Shown here: piece after piece, positions 49,501-59,562 of the stretch
Layout: the number at the start of each line of letters is the position of its first letter
Position numbering within the stretch: the first letter of the stretch is position 1
Assembly: GCA_950097015.1 (NCBI GenBank)
Contig: CATNEN010000038.1
Span: forward strand, 32,922,001 to 32,986,000
DNA: 64,000 nucleotides
DNA from: Macrostomum hystrix
Lineage: Eukaryota; Animalia; Platyhelminthes
Direction of reading: 5' to 3'
The notes under the pieces: generated by a model
Seen by the model: the letters and a program-made list of their open reading frames with translations, nothing else
Database searches by the model: none
Told to the model about the DNA's origin: nothing
Made by a program: the position numbers and the translations under genes

Positions 49501-50385
49501 CGGAAGAGGGTTTGCTGGCTTTGACTCCGTCTGCTGCTGCTTCTCAGGAAGTGGCGCTGATTCTACAATGTTTACGGCAAAGTAACTCAGTTGATTTAAA
49601 TATTCTCTATTGACTATTAATACAATGATAGATGTGAGAAGACTTACTCAAGGGTTTCGGTGCCGCCAGCTTCGAGTCATCCTTAGCCACCGGATGGTTC
49701 AAAGATCCGGGAGATGGCAGGGCCGGTGTTGAAGATGACCTTGCCAAATAAATAGAGACAATAGAATAATATTGGATGGGATAACAGCTGACATAGAAGA
49801 TGGGATAACAGCTGACATAATGAATGGGATAACACCTGACATAGTTGATGGGATAACAGCAGGCATAATGAATGGAATAACAGTGGACACACAGGATGAA
49901 TTTATAGTTGTAAACAAAAACTTACAGCCTCCCAGATCCACTAGTGCCACTGCCAGTTAAAAAAGGCAGATAAGCCTCAGCTGATTGCCTGCCTGTGTGC
50001 AGAAATGACAAATCCAGACCAGTGGATTTCTCTAATGTTTCCAAAAATTTTTTGTCATAAAAGCTATAGACAGCAACACCACCAAAGATGCCAGTGACAC
50101 CAATCAGACCCAAGACCACTGCCTTGCCAATGCCACCACGTCGCTTTGGCCTAAAATGAAGAGTATTTAAAATTTAAAGTTTTTTTGCTGATGTAACTTA
50201 AATGTTCCAATATACTTACACTTCAGCTGTGGGCCCACTGCCACTGGTCTCACTGCTACACAGTCTTCTTAGCTGGTTAATTCTGTTTGCAGAAACTGAG
50301 CACCTCTGTAAAGAGAATTTTTAGCAAAGTATTTTAGAATAAAAATTAAGAGATTGACCTAACAAACTTTCCAACAAAGACTCAT
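43597..50385 (-). CDS. IMMT: MICOS subunit MIC60/mitofilin, 11 coding exons: 50385-50368, 50305-50220, 50150-49926, 49739-49648, 49562-49253, 48153-48030, 47941-47821, 47062-46839, 46519-46334, 45281-44928, 43917-43597; ~686 aa
   Basis: Presequence-like N-terminus (MSLCWKRCSVSANRINQLRRLCSS), one TM segment (VVLGLIGVTGIFGGVAVY), coiled coil with LLIAHAH and ELSRQAAAH, mitofilin domain (QQLWLA, RF..VRQAC.KVALVPE, GDLETAVRAM..L.GLARLLADDW..E.R..LE..Q). All junctions GT-AG and phase-consistent. Confidence 0.92.
43950..44875. repeat. 23-bp intronic minisatellite GGCTCTGAGATTCAGATGGTTCA
   Basis: About 40 copies filling MIC60 intron 43918-44927. Confidence 0.97.
45285..46286. repeat. 16-bp intronic minisatellite GGGTGAGATTT(A/G)GGAT, degenerate leftwards
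   Basis: Homogeneous at 45880-46285, diverged toward 45290; fills MIC60 intron 45282-46333. Confidence 0.95.
46541..46770 (-). mobile_element. tRNA-derived SINE family B, internally deleted copy in MIC60 intron
   Basis: Reverse complement gives A box TGGCAGGGCGG, B box GAGCTCGATTCC, GCGAGGCCACATT, GCAGATGTACACACCTGTGTGAGCG and a T/A-rich tail. Confidence 0.85.
47215..47785. repeat. ~24-bp intronic minisatellite TCTCACCTTTATCCTACCTCTCGT
   Basis: About 23 copies in MIC60 intron 47063-47820. Confidence 0.95.
48203..49152. repeat. 26-bp intronic minisatellite GAGAGTGCTCTCA(C/T)CTGGGGATCTGG
   Basis: About 36 near-identical copies (one C/T variable site) in MIC60 intron 48154-49252. Confidence 0.98.
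49775..49890. repeat. 24-bp repeat ATGGGATAACAGCTGACATA.., ~5 copies
   Basis: Inside the short MIC60 intron 49740-49925. Confidence 0.85.
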
Positions 50386-50827
50386 TTTTACTATTTTTGC
50401 TAAATTTTTAATCTTTTTACTACTTACTATTACTTACTTAAAATATTACTTACAATATAACTTACATTTTTATTTTTTGTTTAATAAATAATAGGCCTAA
50501 TAATTGCGAAAGACTAGCTAAAATCAACTCGCAAATACTAAAAAACTTGGCTTAGGCCTACAGACTGACAGGCTAGATGTATAAAAAATTAATATATATT
50601 GAGATAGCATGCAAATACATTTTACATATGTATATACATACCAACATTTTTCTGCACAAAGGTACTGTCTATGTCAATATCATTTGCTAAAATATTTAAA
50701 GTGTAGGCCTAGTGCTAAAGCAATAGGCCGGCATGCCAGACTGAGTTGGCCTAGCGCTAAGGCAAAAGGCCTACACAGCTTGTGACAGCTACACTTGTAT
50801 GTGATATAGCTAGAACAAAAATCTTAC

Positions 50828-51560
50828 CATTGGCATTGGTGAAGAAGAAATTACGCGAAGCCAAATATTCATCTCTTGGTTATTTGTGCAGCTATTCGAA
50901 TAGAAGGACTTGTTAGCTATTTATTACGTGATATAAGTTTGTAGTTAGAAACTAAAGAGCTCTGAGAGTCAGAATGGCAGAATGTATCAGAAACGACTCA
51001 AATAGTTGCTTGTTTCTTGAGCAACAAAAAGTCTCGTAAAAGCCGACAGTTAAGAAATCGAGATTTATACTGACGTCACTGTGTTCTGCATTAGTTAACT
51101 GTGAGATATCATGACTTCACATTGCAATCGCGACTCTAAGAACATACAATGTTTAAAAATTTGTCGACTTTTGTGGCATTTTTATAACAAAGCTTTTTAC
51201 ATACGTTTTAATTCGTAAATAAATTACAGAGCATCAACAATAATCAAGAGCACCATAATAAATAAATATATATATATAAGGAATTTATTTTAAGACTTTA
51301 AAACTAACCGTTGTTTGCAAACAACTTTCTTTGAAATTTGCGTAGTAATTTCCTCCATCAGTGGGCCCTAACCTCTGGCTCTGGACCTAATTACCCTAAT
51401 TTTTGTATAGGCCCTATGCTGTTATTCTGCTCGTTAACTTCCGTTAAAATTTCGTTAAAACCTTTATTTGATACAGTTTTTTACCTTGAGATATCTATCT
51501 GACATAATAGGCATGCTGCATGTATGCGCCAAAATATCACAGTACCATTGGCATTGGTCA
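50828..51560. promoter_or_regulatory. Probable promoter region between divergent MIC60 (-) and SEM1/SFT2 (+)
   Basis: Head-to-head arrangement; minus-strand donor ATG|gtaagat at ~50828 (likely MIC60 5'UTR exon); TGACGTCA at 51071-51078; double-CCAAT motif CCATTGGCATTGGT at ~50827 and ~51545. Confidence 0.45.
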
Positions 51561-53249
51561 GTAAAGTTAAGCCATTTCATATTTTATTAAGATCCTAGTC
51601 ATTTTATTAGGCCTAGCTACCATTTTCTTAACTGGTTTTGTAACAGCTGATTTATATCCTACACTTATAGTTGATCACTTCATCAACTAGCCAACTGGGA
51701 GACCCAAACAGTTTGTCACTGTCAATATTGTTAGATCATGTTATAAAAACAATAAAAAACTTGGTGACTCACTTTGTCTTCTGTGTTGTTAGCACGTTTA
51801 CAAGTAAGACAACAGCTTTGTATGTCAAATTAACAGACAAAGTTCTACTGATGTGAATATAATTTGTATTTTCTACAAAAATATGATAATAATTGATTGC
51901 ACCTTTGCACCTGCTTATATTGGGCCAGATGGGCAACCAACAGCACAGCTACAGCTAGTGCCTTGCACATCTGAAGGTTGTGTATGTCTGTTCAGTCAAT
52001 TGACTGGGAGGATACCACATATACACTCATACCCTCATACCCTCACTTGGATTTTAGGGTCAAATCTTGAAAATCAGAATTGTGAAGAGGTCTTAATTTT
52101 ATGATTCAGAATCTGTAGTATTCTAATGATTACTTGGATCTATTTTTAAGATGCTAATGATTTTTCATAACAACGTCTTCTAATATAAAATACGAGCCAT
52201 ACATGTATTTTTATAATACACAGCCTAAGCCTAACTCTTTGTAGCTAATACTGTTTGTGTCAATGTCAGTGTATTGGATGTCTCTTCAATTTGATAGATC
52301 TATAGGCTATGGTAATTGTACACAAAAACACCTGATTCCATCTGGAGAAAAAAATCTTTCTTGATCGCAATCCTGCCAAATTAGTTCGAATCAACTATTT
52401 TAACTACTATTCTAGGCAAAGTTAGACCTAGCTTACAAAAAACTTTAACCTAGCTAGCTGTTCATAAAAATCTAACTTAGCATATGAAATATTTGATAGC
52501 TTATTAATCAACCTAAGCATATTAGCAATAGCTAGCATTTGTTTGAAGACAACTCTGGCCTGCAGGCAGATGTGGCCCTCAAACCTCCCAAATCTGGCCC
52601 ATTGCCCCTTCTAACACCTGTAATAGTATCCTTTCTATCTTTTCTGTCTCATTTCTCTATCTCATCTGGAGATTCAGTCTTATTTCTTCATTGTCTTATC
52701 TATTCTGTCATACATGCGCAACCTCCTAAATCTTAGCCGGCCGTGCGACTCAGTTTTTGCTCTCATTTGCGACTTAGTTCATTTCATTGCTCTATTTACG
52801 ACTTAGTTTGCTCTCATTTGCTCTCTTTTTCTCTCCCCTTTTTCCTTTTCTCCACGCCTTCCTTTTTGTCCCTTGGTTCCCCCATTTGATTTTTTTGTGC
52901 TTGGTTGATTGGTTTTTGCGACTTACCTTGCTTGGCCCTTGTTTCACCCGGCCGGTTCGGCCGGGTGTTGCGCATGTATGTATTCTGTGTCTCATCTTTC
53001 ATGTGTGTAATCTCTTCCCTTTGTAATCTCACCTGTCTTATCTCTGTCTCATCCCTCCCTTTCTCATCTATCCCCTTATATTTGTACAATTACTGCGGCC
53101 TGCTTGCATCTTTAGGTTCTCTCTATGGCCGCATGCTTTGCTGACCCCTGATCTAGGTTAACATTATTATTTAGATAACTTATTACCAAATTTTGTATCT
53201 GCTAAATTATTTAATTATCGATTTCAGTCAAACAGTCCAATCTTGAATA

Positions 53250-53579
53250 ATGTCTTCTGGAGCAAGCAAATCTGAGCAACAGCAGAAGAAGGATGAAAAA
53301 TCTGCTTCCACCGCAGCCAAAGATAATGAGGCCAACGCCAGCCCAAAAAAGGATGTCGGCATGCTAGAAGAGGATGACGAATTTGAAGAATTTCCCGCCG
53401 AAGATTGGGGACCAGCCGACGAGGAGGGCGGCGACGATCCCGACGCTGTCAACGTCTGGGAGGACAATTGGGACGACGACAATGTGGAAGACGATTTTAG
53501 CAAGCAGTTGAGGGCTGAACTGGCCAAGCAGGGATTTTCCGCCGCACAGCTGCCAGTGATCAGACCCGATCACAATTGA
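53250..53579 (+). CDS. SEM1: 26S proteasome / TREX-2 / BRCA2-associated subunit SEM1 (DSS1), single coding exon
   Basis: Diagnostic [15 protein letters not shown] and [23 protein letters not shown]; acceptor atttcag ends at 53227, 22 nt before the ATG. Confidence 0.96.
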   Translation: MSSGASKSEQQQKKDEKSASTAAKDNEANASPKKDVGMLEEDDEFEEFPAEDWGPADEEGGDDPDAVNVWEDNWDDDNVEDDFSKQLRAELAKQGFSAAQLPVIRPDHN

Positions 53580-54049
53580 TTGATTGATTAATTTATTGAT
53601 TGGGCAAGGATTGCTAAAGCAATGCCTACTAAAATATTCAATTTTGGCAGAATTTTTCTTTTGTGTGAATTGTAGTTTGCAAAATCAATGGGGAAAAATA
53701 GAATGAGTGTTATCAGTTGGAAATAAGAAGCGATAATTGTCATTCGTAGCATTTTTGTTAACTAATACCGCGCAAGTGTGTTTCTTATTATTAATGTCAC
53801 TCATATTACGAGCATATTATTATTGTCTACTTCTGCTAACAGCAAATCAATATAAAAGTTGTCTTCTGTCTGGAATAACTAACACTGAATGTTTCTACTA
53901 TAGTTTCTTAAGCAAGTGGAGTTTTTGTATTCGTTTCTATAAATAATGACAATATTTTGGCAGAATTTCGTTGCTAGTTCATCCAAACCACTTATAGCAT
54001 AAATATATTGGGAATATAAATTATTTTCTAGTTCGGTCTGATGTAAGAG

Positions 54050-54413
54050 GTGAGGTGCAGAGCGATTAACGCGTTTGCCTGTCGCACGAAGTTCCCTGAG
54101 TTCGATTCCGCGGCAAAGCCACATTTAATTGGGGGCGCAGCCGCGGAGAGAATGCTTAGAGGCTTGCCGTGCAATTTACGACTTTGAGGGCCGACCTCCA
54201 AGGCACAATGACAGTGTACACTGCCTGACTGTCGATGGGAAAGTCAAGGCAGATGTACACACCCTGTGTGAGCGAGAGCCTGCATTAGGTATCTGTGTGG
54301 GTGTTCTCAGCAGTCAGCGAAATGGGCAGAATTGCCTCCTCGCTGGTTGCGGGTCTAGTGTCACCAAATAATGTGCCGTTGCCCGCAGCCCTCCTGCAAT
54401 TATTATTATTATT
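54050..54413 (+). mobile_element. tRNA-derived SINE family B, most complete copy
   Basis: tRNA-like head with B box GAGTTCGATTCC, body shared with four or five other copies in the window, (ATT)n tail at ~54399-54413. Confidence 0.85.
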
Positions 54414-54469
54414 AGGTCTTGTGTACCACTACTATTACTTTTTATAGTAGGAACTAGAAGGCATGGCTA

Positions 54470-54715
54470 CTCAGACGCTGTGCTCAACTATTTAGTCCGT
54501 GGACTTAATTCTACCACTCGCACCCATTTTATAGCTAGACTGAACTAAAGCACTACGAAATTAAGTGTCTCGCCAAAGGTTTTTGTAGCCCTTTGTGTAA
54601 ATTAAAACTATAGCGATTTTAATAATTTTAAGCGTCTTGCTAAAGTACAAATTATTTTCTATTGGATTCTGGAGTCTCGAGCAGTGAAGCTCTAACCACT
54701 AAGGCTTCAATCTCT
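54470..54715 (-). mobile_element. Diverged CORE-like SINE (family A)
   Basis: AGTCCGTGGACT, ACCCATTT, TTAAGTGTCTCGCCAAAGG and CTCTAACCACTAAGGCT align with 62620-62816. Confidence 0.7.
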
Positions 54716-54770
54716 ACCTATTTGATTGATTTGAACATGATTTTTATATGGCGTGTTCGCCTATTTTCAG

Positions 54771-55520
54771 CTGACGTGGATCAGAGGGAAATTGCCAGTG
54801 AAGACTGGCAAGGATGACTTGGGCCAATTATTGAGCACAGTTGAGCAGCAAGAAACATCGTCGCCAACACTGTCGGCGTCTAATTCTAACCAGCCGAGTA
54901 GTGCTCAAAGGGAAGATGGCTTAGAAGAAAATGTTCCAGAATCTGGAGATGCTGACAATTCCGAGGATGAGAACACTAGCGACGGTACAGAAGAATCCTC
55001 TGCTCTACTATCTAGATGGTTTAAAAGTTCAAAATTATTGTCCGGAGCTTCTACTAAAGATCCTGTGCTGAAATGCCTCGGCCTGTCCCGTAGACAGCGA
55101 GTTTTAGCCTTCATCTGTCTGCTAATGTTAGGCAGTTTCTTCCTCTGTCTCAGCTTAGTGTTCTTGCCTATGCTTTTATTGAAGGCTAGAAGATTTGCTA
55201 TTCTATATTCCATGGGCTCGCTCTGTTTATTGGTATCCTTCTCCGCGCTGTGGGGTCCGGTGGCTCACATTAAGCACTTGCTATCCGGCCCTAGGGTGAC
55301 ATTCTCAGCCGCTTACCTGTGCAGCTTAATTGGCACCCTGTACTGCGCCATGGGACTGCATTCCGCATTGCTGGCTTTGATTTGTTGCGCCTGTCAAATT
55401 GTTTGTCTAGTTTGGTATCTAATATCTTATATACCTGGCGGTTCTAAAGGTCTGCGATTCTTTGCCAGCATCTTCTATTCGGCTGCTAGTCGGACAGCCA
55501 AAGCTGCTCTGCCTGCTTAG
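54771..55520 (+). CDS. SFT2D3: Vesicle transport protein SFT2 (SFT2D3/SFT2C-like); exon lacks its own start codon
   Basis: GLSRRQRVLAF, LKARRFAILYSMGSL, LWGP..H..HL.S..R, Y..SL.GTLY.A, LVWYLISYIPGG are Got1/Sft2 motifs with 4 TM segments; exon starts after ttttcag at 54770. Confidence 0.9.
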   Translation: MTWIRGKLPVKTGKDDLGQLLSTVEQQETSSPTLSASNSNQPSSAQREDGLEENVPESGDADNSEDENTSDGTEESSALLSRWFKSSKLLSGASTKDPVLKCLGLSRRQRVLAFICLLMLGSFFLCLSLVFLPMLLLKARRFAILYSMGSLCLLVSFSALWGPVAHIKHLLSGPRVTFSAAYLCSLIGTLYCAMGLHSALLALICCACQIVCLVWYLISYIPGGSKGLRFFASIFYSAASRTAKAALPA

Positions 55521-55555
55521 AGCATTAGCACTTCATAGGTCAAGGGTCCTAACTA

Positions 55556-56042
55556 GTGTCTTCTACCCCACTGATCCTTCAGTGTGTGTCTTCTACCCCA
55601 CTGATCTTCTACCACACTGATCCTTCAGTGTGTGTCTTCTACCCCACTGATCCTTCAGTGTGTGTCTTCTACCCCACTGATCCTTCAGTGTGTGTCTTCT
55701 ACCCCACTGATCCTTCAGTGTGTGTCTTCTACCCCACTGATCCTTCAGTGTGTGTCTTCTACCCCACTGATCCTTCAGTGTGTGTCTTCTACCCCACTGA
55801 TCCTTCAGTGTGTGTCTTCTACCCCACTGATCCTTCAGTGTGTGTCTTCTATCCCACTGATCCTTCAGTGTGTGTCTTCTACCCCACTGATCCTTCAGTG
55901 TGTGTCTTCTACCCCACTGATCCTTCAGTGTGTGTCTTCTACCCCACTGATCCTTCAGTGTGTGTCTTCTACCCTCTAATCCTTCAGTGTGTGTCTTCTA
56001 CCCCCTGATTATTTAACGTATGTCTCCTACCCCTGATCCTTC
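55556..56042. repeat. 30-bp minisatellite TCCTTCAGTGTGTGTCTTCTACCCCACTGA
   Basis: About 15 copies starting ~35 nt after the SFT2 stop. Confidence 0.97.
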
Positions 56043-57262
56043 ATAGTGTCTCATATGTTAATGTTTAGTACGCAGGGTAACGGTTGTTTTGCGTTAAATT
56101 TAAGTTGCTGCCCATATCTTTCAAGAATATGTGATAGCTTATCATATAGATTTTTTGTTTCTTTAGCATTTGCTTGCATGCAGTTTCACATTTAGGAAGC
56201 GAGTCTATCATTAAAGTGATGTTTATCTTAAATACATGTGATGCTGGCGAATATATATCTTAATGTGCATGTTTTAAATCAATAGATTATCAATATGATC
56301 AAAATGATTCAATACAATGCCAACAATAAAACTGTCGCGGTGTTATAACTGCAATAACTGCTGTTTGATAGTGTAAACAATATAATAAAAGAACAAATAA
56401 AGTTGTTCCGCATGGTTGTGAGTCAATTTTTTCATTTCATTAGTTACTCGTTGTTTTAAAATTACAGTACGTTTGAAGCATGAATTGAACTTTATCGGAA
56501 AGAAGTTCGTAAATCCTATTAAATATATCGTTGTAATTGGCGACACATTACTGCACGTATAAAAAGATCGTACGTATATGATAATAGCCATTTAATAAGC
56601 ATTCTGTGGTTAGAACCATCTTATAACTTACACATTTTAATCTATGGTAATAAAACTCGCAATTAAGCATTAGTGTACTTTCACGACACGCGCACTCGAG
56701 AGTCGGGCCAATAGTCTCATGAGTCATGACTAACTATCCATTTCGATCATGAATCGTATTTATCATTTTGACATGCATCAACCTACCATATACGAGTACA
56801 TTCGGCACGCCTCGGGGTGAATGAATGAATCTATGCGACCGTATATACCATAGACAAAACCAATCATGCGCAAGTGAGATTGCACGCAGCTGTGTCATCA
56901 TGCCCAACTGCAAGTCCATGAGGTCAGTTTTCCAAATCCTCGAGGACAACCCGGACTTCAGCGTGCGCAAGCAGTTAAATGATAAAGTCGAGGTGTTAAC
57001 TTCGAAACATGTACTCGTGCATTAGTTATAAAAATCTATTGACTTTCTGAGCAGTGTTCAATAAAAGTCGAGAAACTTTTGGCTCAATCTAACTGACTTA
57101 TAGTTGGTACACTCGAAAGTTTAACTTAAAAAGTCGAAACCTCAAGCATGATCACCGCACTCACCGATAATTTTCAGTTCGGGTATTAATAAGAGAAAAG
57201 AAAATATTCATCTACTTCTAAGCAAAAAGTAATAAAAGAAATACAGCATAGTCGGCGAGCGC

Positions 57263-59524
57263 ATGGACGAAATCGTCTCCTGGGTTCGCGCCGGCGACGC
57301 CATCCGGGTTCGTCAGTGGCTGGACGATCCGCGCCACGACCCGACTTGGACAGACGACCACCGATTCAGCCTGCTCCACTGGGCCGCCTGGGAGGGCCAC
57401 ATCGGCCTCGCTGACCTGCTGGCTGCTCGCCTCGGCGGCGCTAACGCCGTCAACTTCAGGAACGCCGGCGGCGACACCCCGCTGCACGCGGCGGCCTCGC
57501 ATGGCCACGCTCAGCTAGTCAAGCGGCTTTTGCAGTTGAAGGCCGAACTGGAGGCTGTCAACGAGCACGGCAACACGCCGTTGCACTATGCGTGCTTCTT
57601 CAACTATCCGGAGACAGCGCTGGAGCTGCTGATGGCGGCGGCGTCGGCGACAGGCCGGAGCGGAGAGTTTGCGTTAGGCCGCGAGAATCGATACGGCCAG
57701 ACGCCGATTGATTTGGCGCGTCCGGCGCTGGCAAATGAGCTGAAAAATGCTGCGTCTAGCTTGGGACTGGTGAGTCACTCGCTGCAGCCAAATCTGTTGC
57801 GTTCATATTCCACCCTGTTGGCGCTATGGCATGTGGTCTGCATCTCCGGGTACGAACCTGTCCCCGCGTGAGTGATGCAGCTGCAGCAGGACTTTCATAC
57901 GGGGCCTCGTTCTCGACGCTATCGCCAGTTTGAAAGGCCGTGCGTAGCAGCTCCAAAAGCACAGATTTAGATAGCTAACTTAACCAAGCTGGCACTCATA
58001 AACTCACTCGTGTTCGCTCTTCCAACTTAGGACCCAAGCCGTCGTCAAGCATGGCAAGCGGACAGCATTGCCTTCGCTCGTCAACAGAGCCAGGCGTCCA
58101 ACCTATCAGCCGACTGCATCGCCGACTTTCTGGTGGTCCCGCCCCTATCGCCAAATCCGACGTCAACTCTGACTGGCCCAACGACTCTGCTCAATCGTCA
58201 GATTAGTCAGCAGATTGACAAACAGCTGCGATTGATTCGCCCGATGTTGCTGACAACTCAAGGACCCACTCCGCCGGGCTGTGGCCGCTCCCAGCTGTGG
58301 CTCGGCGTCTGGCTTGGCGACCAATCGGTTGCCGAAGCCCAGGTGGCCGTTCGCGTCTATAGGCTCTCGCGCAGAGTTAGCGTCGACATTGCCGAACGCG
58401 TGGCCCGTCTGCGCCGAGAGCTGGCGCTGCTGGCGCCCCGGCTGCGAGTGTTTAACTGCGCCCAGGTGCAGCCGCTGCTGGCCTCTAGTGTTGTTGAAGG
58501 CGGCAGCAGCGGGGGCGCAGAGGTAGATGCTTCTGCCTTACCACAGCTGACACTGGTGAGCGGCTACCTGCAGCTGGGCTCTCTGTATCACCTGTTGCAT
58601 CGACCTGAGCAGCAAGGTAAATATTACTTATGGAGATCGCCTGCATACCGTTGTGTACAGCTGCTCAGTCCGTGGACTGGGGAAACCGCTTTAGACTAAT
58701 CAAAATATCCACCTTTGCCGATTTTTATTGCTGGTCTTGGGACTGAAGCACTAGGGAATTAAGTATCTTGTAGGAGTCGAACTCCCGACCTCTTCAGTTA
58801 GAAATTCGAACTTCTGTTTACTGGGCTGTGAAACCAGCTAGGAAAATGATTGCAGAATACTCTTGGTTCTGTGCAATTTGTAATACAGGCTTTGAGCTCG
58901 ATACGTCAAGAACTGTCAGGATAGCTTTGGATGTTGCCAACGGAATGGACTACATCAGCAGAATGGATCCGCCGCTGAGCTGCTATCAGTTGAACTCCAA
59001 GTCTGTTGTGGTAAGGATTAGCCTGTGCATTGGGCCGTCAGGTCATGTATGCATGTATACATATTCATGTATACTCTGTCGGGAGTGTTCAAATCTCACT
59101 TTAGTGGTTTGCATGGTAGATGGATTATAGCTTAGACTTCTTGACAACTGAGGTGGTAACGAATGATCATGATTGTTTGCTTTAACTTTAATATTTGTGT
59201 ATTTAACGCTCTTCTAGACTACTTGATACTACTTCAAAAAGTAGTGCATGTTGCTTGGGCGCGAACAAATACGTGCTGGATTGAATTCAAGATATTGTTG
59301 TTTTAGAAAACATGCGAGTTTGTCCATGGGAAAACTGGACTGCCCGGTATCTCCTTTGCTATAAGCTCGTTTGATCAACTGGATTGTTAGCCCAAACCCC
59401 TAATCCTACCTAACCCTAACCCTAACCCTAACCCTAACCGCAACCCTAACCCACCTTGGAGAGAATGGCCAAAGTTAACATCCGAGGTACAGTGAGTGTG
59501 AGCTTTATTTCTAGTATCTGTATC

Positions 59525-59562
<38 letters not shown>

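Noticed and set aside
52309-52317. ATG|gtaatt as a first coding exon for SEM1
   Set aside because: Out of frame with SEM1 at acceptor 53227; kept only as an alternative start source for SFT2, which would require skipping SEM1.
54050-54125. tRNA genes here and at 42320-42390, 46695-46770, 62750-62820
   Set aside because: A/B boxes are present but run into shared SINE bodies, with no convincing cloverleaf or terminator.
55556-56008. Cys-rich repeat ORFs (CVFYPTDPSV)n
   Set aside because: Product of the 30-bp repeat.
56825-57025. 66-aa ORF upstream of ILK
   Set aside because: No recognisable motif or splice context; cannot be supported without expression or homology data.
57770-57871. ORF-track C-terminal extensions of ILK, GPCR and MIC60 exons
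   Set aside because: Read-through into introns past clear GT donors.
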